DNA of 64,000 nucleotides from positions 22,090,871 to 22,154,870 of the forward strand of contig NC_092676.1 of NCBI RefSeq assembly GCF_964355755.1, given 5' to 3'. Below are positions 1 through 11,810 of this stretch, piece after piece. The DNA comes from Antedon mediterranea (lineage: Eukaryota > Animalia > Echinodermata). A model generated the notes under the pieces. It ran no database searches and was not told the DNA's origin. It saw only the letters and a list, made by a program, of their open reading frames with translations. Numbering within the stretch: position 1 is the stretch's first letter; the number at the start of each line of letters is the position of its first letter. Position numbers and translations under genes: made by a program.

Positions 1-249
1 AAAAGTTTTTGTCACATAAAGTTTAATAGTGTAGACAAAATAAAAACAAAGTGCTTAGTACTATCAATGACCTCACAGTAGGTACAATATTATTTTCCAG
101 ACAGATTACTAAACTACATTTGACTCTCTTTGTCTGTCCACTGTAACTTTCATTTTTCATAAATCAAGTTTATACAGTACTTTTATAATTTACTATTTTT
201 TCAGACAATAGTTCATTTATCCCACAGCAATGTTATAATCATTATTTAA

Positions 250-392
250 ATCTCTGTCTATGCTATCATACTTTATGTGATGTGCCTATGGACATGATGG
301 TGTCATATCACTACCATATTTAAGAATATCACTACCATTATTTGAGCACATCACACTTTTTTGTCAAACTAGTTGATAGTGTAGACAGAGCT
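250..392. mobile_element. Harbinger-like MITE, family 1 (TIR GCTCTGTCTACACTATCAAAC)
   Basis: Degenerate left TIR and a right end GATAGTGTAGACAGAGCT. Other copies or fragments at 1-37, 2607, 7238, 22288-22440, 47083-47238, 49668-49765, 52480-52630, 61240 and 62646. Confidence 0.6.
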
Positions 393-585
393 TTAAAGAA
401 ACTTGCTAATCAGTAGGTGAAATTTTTTTTTATTTATTTATTTTTTTAAAGATTTTTTGTACGTTTATCACAATTTGTTATTGATGGTGCAGGAGGTAGA
501 GAAGACAAGACTATAGCGGAGAGCTGAAGGATGAGCGCCCCCAGTCGGGATCTACAAACCCTGTCTTATAAAAATTATTTCTCAC

Positions 586-3500
586 CTGATATCGAAGTTA
601 AACTGTCCATTCTCCTGAGAGGCAACGTCATAGTTGAATGATGCTGTAGATATATCAATGTGCCTAAATAAAAATAATGAAAAAAAGAAAGTTCATTTCC
701 CTCTAGCAGTATACACTCTTTGCTTTAATTAAAAGTATACTGTAGCTTTCACACAGTATAATTGCTAAACTGTACACATTCTTCGTAATATGACAATATA
801 CCACATTGATATTACAACAATATCACATTAAAACACCGGTTTTTGTCAGATCACCAAGTTAAGCAACGTTGGGCCAAGTAAGTAATTTAAAAGGAGACTT
901 AGGAATACCAACCAATATGATTGGTCGAAGTGGGTGCATCACATCACAATATGAAAATATTAATTTGTGCGCAATGTATGCTGGGATTTATAGCGGGCGA
1001 CTAAAATTATTATTATTAGAATCGACTTATTTTTTAACCGTTTAAAGATGAAAAAAAAATGTTACAATACTGTAGGTCTATAAAGTATTTATTTTTACAT
1101 AAAATGTAGTGTGTGACCTTAAATTAGGTCAAAAAACGTAAATGTCTTTGTCAATGCTACTTCCCACTTTAAATAAGTACATGTACATATTAAGAACAAA
1201 TTCGCAAAGTAATTCTCAGGTCGTTCTCAAACCCACAACCTCCAGATAACTAGCCTGTTATTTGCTTAGTACTTATATTTATTATTAATGTATATTATTA
1301 TTCATAATAATATTTGAAAAAAACAGACTTACCCAAGTGGTAACAGATCCTGCTTGGTTCTGTAGTAATAGAGATGACAAGTACGTTGTTCAAAAACAAA
1401 CCTTTAAATTATTAATAATAAATAAAAATAATGCTTATTATTATATTATTATACTATTATTATATTATAATAAGATGCACTGAAATCAGATATTGTACGT
1501 CATGATAAACACTGGAATACTGTAATGTAACAACTATTCTTATTGGTTAAAGACCCCTTCCCTGCAATTTTGGACGTTTTTTGGAAAATAATACATATAT
1601 ATCACTTTAAAAACATTAAACCATGTCATTCCTTGTCTTAAATGTACGTTTTATGGTAAATTATGATAAAAAGTGAGAAACAATGCACTACCTAAGTAGC
1701 TCGCGGCGATCGACCTCTCGTGGACGGTCTTAGGCCTAGCCTAGCTAGGCTTAGTTTTGTAGGCCTAGCTGGTAAACATCGGTAACGTACGAACATCGTA
1801 CGCTAGCTATATACGTTGTCAGTTATTTGCTGCATTAATTGTCTTTCTATTTTTGCCAGACTCCGTTGATACAAATTGGGGAAAACCCGGTATTTTCGCT
1901 GAAAAGTTAGGAGTCTTCCATTTGTTTTGGCCTCACGATCGATCGAAAAGTGGGCGAATTACAGGTGAAAACAAAATATCAATCCGCGCGCAATGCATTT
2001 TGGGATTTATAGCGGGCCGCTATAATTATTAGAATCGGCTTATTTTTCACATTTTTAACCGTTTAAAGACGAAAAAAGTTATCGCAATAGGACCATATAG
2101 TATTATTTTTACATTAAATATAGTTTGTGATCTTAAATTAGATCTAAAAAACGTAGGGAATGGGGCTTTAAGTATGAATAATTGATGGAATATAGTGCAT
2201 TCAATGTATTACTCTACGGTAATTCCCTATTAATTAATTATAATTATTAGAATCGGCTTATTTTTCACATTTTTAACCGTTTAAAGACGAAAAAAGTTAT
2301 CGCAATAGGACCATATAGTATTATTTTTACATTAAATATAGTTTGTGATCTTAAATTAGATCTAAAAAACGTAGGGAATGGGGCTTTAAGTATGAATAAT
2401 TGATGGAATATAGTGCATTCAATGTATTACTCTACGGTAATTCCCTACTTGCATTGAATGCTATGAAGTGTTTCTGAAAGTGCACAAAAGTGAAAATTAT
2501 GTACATTCTGTACAGAAGTGTATGGTTTGAAACCACTTCAGTATCTCTTTCCTTCCTCACTAGTAATGTATACTCTATACAGTTTACAATACAAAAATAA
2601 AGCGTTGTCTACACTATCAAACAAAAATGACAACAAATGTAATGTGCCCATATGGACATGATGTACCAAGTTTCTACATTCCGCGTATATAGATATACGC
2701 GCCGCAAACTGTGTGGAATACATACATTGTTCACGGAAAAAAGTAAAAGATTTAATTTCAAATGAAATTCATGGCCTAGAATTTCATAAACCAAGCAGAA
2801 AAAATGAATCGGAGTTAGTAAGCATCAAGGATACTCGGGACAGATCCATACAGATTACTTTGCAGGGTATGAATATGCAAGCTGACATCGAAACAATTTT
2901 TAATGCTGCAACCATTCTCAGGAAAGCAATAACAAATGCTGGTAAATGGACCTTCACGGGTATGTTGATCGACACAAATGATTCTCATGTACCGTGTGAA
3001 CTTTATACCTTTTTTTGATGGGTTCTACAGGGTACTAAATCATACAATATGCCAAAAGGTAAACGAGCAAATTAGTAGATAGACGTGTGAAGATTCTTGC
3101 CGAGAGCACTGTTTGTCATTGCCTGTCGGATTGTCAGGTTAGTCACAAATCTGATGAAGTAAGATGTCGTCGTGAAATGCCAACAGCGCTTGGCATTGGT
3201 ATTGCTGTAAGACATGCAACTAGAGGAAAGAAGATTATTATTTAACCTTCTTCATAGGTTTGGTTGTTCAGTGCCTTATGAACGAATTCAAAAGGTAGAA
3301 ACTCAAATAGCTAACCAGGTTTTGCACAGAATGCAAGTAAACAATGGTTTATATACCTGAAATATTGTTCCTGGAAGACACATCTTTTTTGCGGTAGATA
3401 ATGTCGACTTTGCAGAGAATACTCTGAATGGAAAGCGCACTCTTCATGGAACAGCTATGGCAATATATCAGAGGCGTAGACTAGATGATGTAACTCCAAA

Positions 3501-6500
3501 TTTACAACTCTCAGGTGAAGCCCAAGATAAGACAATAAAAGAGCTACCCTCAACAGTCACAGATCTACTTCCTTGTAAAATGCCTAAGAAGCCCACACCA
3601 ACTTACTCAACATTTACCCTAAGTGAACTTCATCCAGGTATTACTGCTATACGCATGACATGACTTGGTTGTTAGGACAGGCTTTATCAACTCACATAGC
3701 CGATTATCAACCGCTAGACTTGCAATCCGAAAATGATTCAGTAGATGTACCAAATCACATGCTAAGATGGTCTGCATATAACTCCCTTGTAAACAAAGGA
3801 ATGCCACTCACAAGTGTTAATACACCACCCTTAATAGCTGCTCCAGCTCATGAATGGTCAACACTGCTTACTGTATTAAAACAAGCACAAGGCATATCGG
3901 AAAAGGTTATTGGTGCACAGCACAAAACTGTAATCACTTTAGACTTGGGCTTATAAAAACCTGCTAAGCAACTTCAAATGGCTCGCGATGCAACCAAATG
4001 ATACTCCGGCCAGGGGAGCTTCATACAGTAATGGCAGAACTACGGTCCATAGGTTCTTTTATGGACTGCAGTGGTTTAGATTTGTGTTGGACAGAAGCAG
4101 ATTTATATGGATCAGCTACTGTGTAAAGCAGATTCTTGATGGACGACACGTAAAGAGAGGCAGATGAGTAAATTTGATGAAGGCTTTTCTAACAGACCAC
4201 TTGCAAATATATGCAGATGGTTTTGGAAATGCTTACCTACATCCGAGCAGTGCGAACTGCCAATTGGAGTCTTCATCTTGAAGCTACCGAAACATTTATA
4301 CCATATTTCTTTGCACATGACAAATTAAATTACGCCCGGTTAATCCCTGTATACCTGGCAGATATGAGAGATTTGGAAACATCAGATCCAGAAATATGGA
4401 AAGAATTCAACGATGGCAACTGGGTGGTAAATAAAAATTCATTGCCATTTTGTGCTGTTGGTCCAGATCACACATTTGAACAAGTAAATTGAATGATGAA
4501 AGTACTTGGTGGGCTAACTTGTATTGCGTTAAACCCTTTTGCTCGCACAAAGTTTTTTCTAGTGGCTCCTGCTCTCGCTCACCTCGCTAAAGAAGCTGAG
4601 ACAATGACTTTTCGTCCAAGTAGACATTTATCAATATCAAGACATCATGATAATAGTAATGCTAAAACAGATCTCCAAGCAAAAAACTTAATGGACCTGA
4701 CAGGAACAATCAACAAATTCACAAACCCGTTCACAGACGAATGTGATCAGTTGATCACTAAAGCCATATGCCCACCCACATCCAGCATGATGTCAATAAC
4801 AGAACAAAAATTGGACAAGAAAGCTTTACAAAATTTGTGACCGAGAGGATTACCACAAATGAAAAAAACCTGTGGGCTCCAATGAAGAAACTGAAATTAC
4901 ATATATGGTCTTCAAGTGGGATGAAAATCCAGACTAAGATTGACAACAAGGAAGACCAGGCGCTGTTTGCTCGTTTGCTAGTTGTATCCAAGTCGAGGGA
5001 CATCGACCTTAGACAAGCCGTCGGTACATATGAGTTTTCTGTTGTCCCAAGAGCTTTATTCGCAGCAGATGGTTCACTGTTTCCTACAATGTCGAAGAGT
5101 GACTTGATGACGATTCTCGAAAAGCTACCAAAAACGATAGAAGTCACTCACGAAACAAATTACTCAACAGAAAAAAACATCAGGAACTGTAAACGAGTAT
5201 GTATTGTCGATGCTATGGCTGATCTGCAATCACTAAGTAAACCTGAGAATATTGAAACCTGCTTGGATCTATCAGAACATTTCATTGAACGGCACTGGCA
5301 GAAGTATGGTAACTATGATGAGGATTTGGTGTTTGACCGATATGATACAGGAGAATCACTCAAAGCTTCAACCCGTGCGAGATGGCTAGGCGGCAATAAA
5401 GCTGTAGCTTACCACATTACAGATTCAACTTCAATCGGTATGAAAGATGAACTTACGACGTATTTAGCTGAAAAGATATTAGACCATGCGGAGGAAAATA
5501 AAAAGCATCTTGTAGTTGCCTGGCGGAACAAAGCGAAAGCTACACATAGGGAAGAAGAAACCTTGCAAGTAGTCAGGAGGAAGCTGATACCAAACTCATT
5601 TTGCATTCCGTTGATGCAACAACAAAATGGTGCTACCACACTAGATATATACTCACCTGACACTGACGTACTTGTACTAGCCATCAGACAATACCCCATT
5701 ATATGCCAAAATACAAACTTTGTTACCGGCATTGGTAAAACCCGCAGGACAATTTCTATCGGCGCAATCCACAGAACACTGGGTGAGTACAAAGCAGCAG
5801 CCCTTCCAGGACTGCATGCTTTCTCAGGTGCAGATATTACTGGTAGATTTTCTGGGAAAGGAAAGACTACATTCTGGAATGTTTTGGAGGAACTACATCC
5901 AACTGGTGGTATTGTTACTGCCCTGAAATTATTAGGAACAACAAATGAACTATCTGAAGAATCATTTGCTGCAATAGAAGCATTTGTGTGTAAGCTCTAC
6001 AGTATATACGAAACACAGAATTAACAAATGTAGCTGATGTTAGGTGGTGGCTTTTTAAGAAGAAACAAGCACAATCAGAGGGTTTGCCTCCAACGCTGGG
6101 TGCATTGCGGCCTGCCATTTTAAGGGCACACTATCAGGCTATAATATGGAACAACGATGTCATTGCTAATCCAACTATACCAGAGCCTCAAGATTTTGGT
6201 TGGGATATTGTAGATGGCCATTATAAAGCAGTTATGACATCTTTGCCTCCAGCTCCCCAGGGTGTTATCGACCTAGTGAAGTGCCGCTGTGCAAAAACAC
6301 CATGCACAACCAACCAATACAAGTGCAAAAAAACGGTTTAAACTGCACAGACCTTTGCAGTTGCTGTGACGATGAGGAATTATGTGACAACCAAGAGCAG
6401 ACAAGTCTCACTGATGATGAGGATGATGATGAAAACATTGAAGAGGACGACACTGATGATGAACTTATACTGTAACAATTTAGTCTATAAAATAATTTAT

Positions 6501-9500
6501 TTACACTTTTGAAGCAAAATAACTAAAAAGGCAATTAACAACAGAACTACTGGAAATGTGTATGCTCTAAATAAAATCAAGTTACTATGCCAACAGTACG
6601 GTATGGAGATGAACAAATCCAGACAACTAGGGTAAAAGGTCAGTAATTGTATTTTCGGTCATTATTTTTGAAAGGTTTTCATTAGAGCAAATAGAAAGTT
6701 GTATGTTATGAACATTTTGAAACCAAAATGAAGTATCTATGTCTACCCGTTATCGAGATATGAAACTTCCATTCAAATAGGGTCAACGGTCATAAATAGC
6801 AATTTTTGTCACTTTGTTGGGTAAAGGTTCCATTAGAGCTGATATAAAGTTTTATATTATGAACAATTTGAGGCTACAATCAAGTCGCTAAGTCCACCAG
6901 TTATGGAGATATAACAATTCCGGTCAATTAGGGTCAACGGTCAGAACTGGTATTTACGGTCATTTTTGCGGTAAATGTTCCATTAGAGCTAATATGAAGT
7001 TGTATATTATGAACAATTTGAGACCAAAAACAAGTCTCTACAGTCTGTGGTTACCAAGATATGAACATGTTAACTTTCAATGGTGGCCATTTTGAAATCC
7101 AAGATGGCGGGCCTCTGCCACCCTTCCAACTTTGTCAACAAGTTTTTTCCTGTTGTTTGGATTGTATTCAACATATCTAAATAGGTGGGATCTTCTATTC
7201 ATAAAAATCCCACGGGATTACATAGTCTCCCTGACTAAGTGTAGACAGAGCAGAATTTAGTCCGTCTTGATATTTCATCATTCAGACAAGTTACTGTGCC
7301 TTATTCCCAAGAGCACAAATAAATACAAATTTGTTCTAAATTTACATTAAATACCGAGTTGAAGAGCCACTTGATTCATACTGTGCCTTTTCAGTGGTAC
7401 TGTAGTATACAGAATTTGAAATAAAAGGGAAAAGAGAGGAATAGGAGGAATGACCTAAAACTGTGGTTTGAGTGAATTAACTTCCACTTCTCACTTTTCC
7501 TTGATCTTCTTTTACTTTACAATAAATATCATTATCAAAAAAGCTTGAACAAAATGTATTGCAATTTAAACTTACCATCGTGTCCTGAATGTCCTTATCA
7601 AACCTCTGTCACCTTGTTTGCTAAGAAAACCACACAGTCTTACATCCTCAGAACCATTCTGTAAATGTGAAAAGGAAGTCCTTATTGAAAATTCATAACA
7701 CATTATAGCCCTTAATAATCTGATACAATGCCAAAAAAAAAATAACTCTCTTTGACTTGTGCAAGATATTTGCCTACCTGTAGTGTTACATGAGGTAATT
7801 TCCCGAATGATCGGTACTGGGTATGTAATATCAACTACCGTTTCTGCAGTACATAATTCATAGAAGCACTGATGAAGAAAGTTTATCTAGCGGTATTGCT
7901 ATAGAATGGCCCAAGACAGGCTTTAGTGGTTAGAACATGGAGGTATAAAATAGATACCTCCATGGTTAGAATATTGAAATGTTGTTAGAAATTGATTAAC
8001 TTTAGTGTAAATAGTTGGATGTAGAGTTTAGATTGTGTCATGTGATAAATAGTTTATTCTTTCCATTTTTATTGTTACGTTATAAAGTTCAATTTAAAAA
8101 ATAATGTGTATGAATATGTATAATATTCACAATTACAAAGTTAAACATAGATTTATTTGACAAGCTGGTCAGCGTAGTGGTCCAGTGATGTGGTCATGGA
8201 CCATGGTGGTTGCAAGTTTGATTCTTGCTAAAAATGCTAAAATTATTTTTTGGGGTCTCTACATCGCAAAGATGAAAAACTTTCATGTGCATGAAGAAAT
8301 TTGTGTTGAACATGTGATTATTATATGGGCCTAAATTAAAAGGCCCTATGCCTACTTACTATTTTGTTTCTGGTACTCTAGGCCTAGTTGAAATAAATGA
8401 ATCCTAGATTTTCTTTTTTTTTTCACCAACAATGTATTTATAAATCTATATATAAATTTACGTAATGAGCAAAATTCGGTAAATCGCGCGTTATTTCTAG
8501 AATGTTTACTCGATGGTATATAAAGTTGGTTCGTACTTTCGGTACTGATTTTAACCACCTGATGTAACCCTGTTTACTAATTAAATTGAGTTCGATAATT
8601 AGTTATTGACGATTAAAACGAATTTAGGTTCAACGATTTGCCCCAAATAGGGGTGTTTTTCGATCGTGGTATACACTGTCTAATGGATAGTCCGTCTTGA
8701 AAAATACCCACAGACGATAATACGAGGATGCTTCGCATTTTCCTATCTCCTCCTACGATAATTGTTTTTAATGGCTGAAAACCGGTTGAACAGCTCGAGT
8801 ACAGCATCATAATGTTGAAGACAGGCCGATTTTCTTTAAAAAATACTATTTTGATAGATTTAATATACGTTTATACAAATGTATTGATTTGCGATGAATG
8901 GAACATTCCAATCTCTGTTCCACAAGTGTCTATTCCCTCAGGCGTCGTAAAGGCAAGTGCTGTATACTCATAACAGAAATTCGATCCATTTTTTTCTTCA
9001 ATCTGTGCTGCAGAGGTTGGATATAGATTTTTTTTAACGGATAATAATGAGATAGCGTTTTCTGTCGCCGCGGGTGTATATTATGTACAAATCTTTATTA
9101 TTGCAGTTAAACCACCCCGGGAACCACCCACATCATCACCCTTCCCTCACTGGCATCAGTAGCGTTGTAAAGCCAGTAGAGGATAGGCCTACGGTGGTAC
9201 GAAGGATCAACAACAACTTCGGGTGGGTAGGGTAGGAACCAACTTAAGTATGAATTGGCTCTAGAAACAATTGAAAACCATTAGGCCTACTAATTAAGTT
9301 GAGTTAGATAATTTAATATTTATTAACGATTAAATCGAATTTATGATTTGCCCCGAATAGAGAGGTGGTTTTCACAAATTGTTTAACATTATATAAACAT
9401 ATATACGTCGTAGTGTATCGTTACATGTACTGTACTATTTCAATCGACTAGGACGGTGAAAGTTTCAATTACATCGCAATGTTTTACTGTGTTTAGTGGT

Positions 9501-10423
9501 ATATTATTTGTAAAACATGAAAAAACAATTAATAATTCGTTACTAAATGGATAAAGAATATATTTAAAAATTGTTCCTCTTTGCACCCATCCTCTTCCCC
9601 ATACCTCAACCATAATGTTACTGTACATACAAAACACAAATTAAGTTTGTTTAAATTTGACTTAAACAATTAGTCTCATTTTGCGACAAGTTTCTCTTTC
9701 GGAAGTAATTCCCAGGGTGCTAATTTTAGTTGAGTACATAAATCACAGTGTCTTATTGTCCTGCATTATTGTACATTTGAAATTGTCAGTTTTTTAACGC
9801 TGAAATTATTATGTATTCGAGAACCATCTGTGGGTACGACCTAGATGGTACGCGAGCGAAGCGAGCGTACCATCTAGTATCTATAATTACAGTATAGGCT
9901 ACACAACAGATAATTATAAACATATACTGTATATATAAAAAATAGACTCGAGGCCTGATGGGTAGCTTTCAATTTTAAATTAGGCCTAATTAATTGGCTT
10001 AGGCCCTAGGCTAGGCTTATATAATAGTAGGCCATGGAGAGGGCCAGGGAGATGTGAAATGAACTCTCTAATAATTAGGCCTACCTACTACAGTACCTAG
10101 TTAGGCCAGGCCTAGGCCTACCCGCCTACCTAGCTACTCACATCTGCAGGGTCCTCCATGATGGGGATGGTGGTGTTTTCGCCTGCTGCGGTGGTCGACC
10201 TAGTTTCAGCCGCAGGGTGGATATTCGTAGGCCTAGGAGAAGCAGTGGAAAGCTTGTAATTATCAGTTGTTGAGAAGGTAGCCTGGTCATTGACTATCTG
10301 CTGATGACTTGGTGGCGGCCGACTTGGTTGACCTTCCTGTCGAATTGTGTCATCAAATGATATCAGAAGTCCCGTAGGAACTTCCGTGTTTTCTTCGAAA
10401 CATGAATTCATCGAGCAGTGCAT
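586..10423 (-). CDS. TBC1D2: TBC1D2/TBC1D2B-like PH-domain Rab-GAP, 5' part (exons 10423-10142, 7658-7576, 1401-1333, 663-586; continues left of window)
   Basis: GT-AG exons join in frame (phases 0,2,2,2): ...MEDPAD|NGSEDVRLCGFLSKQGDRGLIRTFRTRW|FVFEQRTCHLYYYRTKQDLLPLG|HIDISTASFNYDV..., matching the TBC1D2-family PH domain as I recall it. The start codon (10423 or 10411) is uncertain. Confidence 0.85.
813..910 (+). pseudogene. 5S rRNA-derived pseudogene/fragment
   Basis: ...aaaacaccggttttt gtcagatcacc aagttaagcaacgttgggcc...ggaatacc follows the metazoan 5S sequence with many substitutions and a degraded internal promoter. Confidence 0.7.
1551..2167. mobile_element. Kolobok-like non-autonomous DNA transposon
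   Basis: TTAA on both sides (1547-1550, 2168-2171); imperfect TIR AGACCCCTTCCCT / AGGGAATGGGGCT. A related fragment lies at about 950-1140. Confidence 0.6.
2021..2447. repeat. Direct tandem duplication, period about 218 bp
   Basis: 2021-2228 is repeated at 2239-2447 and includes the right end of the Kolobok-like element. Confidence 0.85.
2665..7237 (+). mobile_element. Decayed AcademX-type DNA transposon (transposase + XPG/FEN-like nuclease + Cys-rich finger), 5' end missing
   Basis: Frameshifted ORFs across 2713-6475 with SPDTDVLVL, HAFSGADITGRFSGKGK, LPPT...ILRAHYQAIIW and a C-terminal Cys cluster. Right terminus ...CTCCCTGACTA. Lies in the TBC1D2 intron, inside a split family-1 MITE. Confidence 0.75.
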
Positions 10424-11740
10424 TACTTTTTTACAAAGTTTTGTTTTTGTTTTTCATACATACAACAAAAAGTCGAGAGAGGAAACAGGAGAAAAAAGTA
10501 AACACTACTTTGAAGCCCGCCCTCATCTATTGTGTCCCCCCATGCATGCGATGCATGATATAGATATAGATATAGATATCGCATCAATCATTACATAATA
10601 GAAAAAAAATTGCCTCATTTTGGGATATAATAATTAATACTGAATACTGAACCATTAAGAAATTTCACAAAAACATGTGAAGACTTAGTAATTATTAAAA
10701 TGTCTTAACATAAACTTTAAAAAAATGTCTGGGGAAACAATGTTCAGCGCTTAGATGTTTCACAACATTAGGCGCTATATAATCCAGGATATTATTATTA
10801 TTAAATAACAAGAGGGATGGAAGCCATGATCGTTTCGATCTTTCTTTTTATATCATTACTATATGTTATTTAAAAATAACCAGTGCACATATTGGTTTTA
10901 AAATGTAAAATGTATAAGTCGATAGTAGATAATATCATTCCCTCAGTCAGTCGGTGATATCAAATATTATATTCACCACCTCTAAGCAAGAAATATCTGT
11001 ATAATATGAGTCAAAAGATGCTCTCCAGGTGGTATAACATCTTGAGATCCTGAGCGTCTTCTTAAATAATTAGTCTTACAGTTTATTTTTGTTAATTTAC
11101 ACGTAATTATATTCTATGGACAAGAGACTCCGAAGTAATTGAATTGAATTAAATTAGAAATGCTAAAAAAATCAAGGACTACATGTTATACGCAGACCTA
11201 TTTGTAGTCTAAAGACAGTATCAAGTTTACTGATTTGCAGATAGTATCGGTATGCCTATCGTAGTGAGACTGTCTATCTTTATTATTTTGAAAAACATAC
11301 CAATATTAACACAAGCAATATAGAAACACATAAAACGAGTTTAAGCTATAAATTATATTATAGATTCATGGTTTTAAGTTCGTGTCCCAGCATGGTGGTA
11401 TGAATAAATCATAATTTAAGTAGGCCTTAATAAACTTATTATACAATATGTAAACTCAAATAAATTATTAATGGTATCCTCTATAAACGTACAATAGGAT
11501 ATTAATAGTATTTCTAAATAACAATTAAATATTAACATGAACCATAAGACTTCCATCAGCAAAACCTGGATATATCTGCTGAAATGATTTACCTAAATTA
11601 TTAAAACTCACTAGAAATGCTAAAAGTAATCTTTAAACAACAAGATGTAAATTAATCGCCATACATGAGCTGATTCTGAGGAGATAAAATAAACTCGACT
11701 TCGCTCTCCGATCTCGGGAAGTTATAAGTTGTTTAAGAAG

Positions 11741-11810
11741 ATGTCTATCTTTCAAACCCTCACGCTGTTGGTACCATTGCTGTTTTCCAGCTGTTGTGTT
11801 TCCGTGAATG
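11741..11810 (+). CDS. LRR gene exon 1: signal peptide MSIFQTLTLLVPLLFSSCCVSVN
   Basis: ATG, hydrophobic core, donor G|GTAAGA (phase 1) that is in frame with the next exon. Confidence 0.8.

Noticed and set aside
2713-6475. Host nuclease or tesmin/CXC gene
   Set aside because: Intronless, multiply frameshifted and bounded by a transposon terminus; better explained as an AcademX relic.
8163-8232. tRNA gene
   Set aside because: Only degenerate A/B-box-like segments and no convincing cloverleaf; at most a SINE head. The same applies at about 13618.
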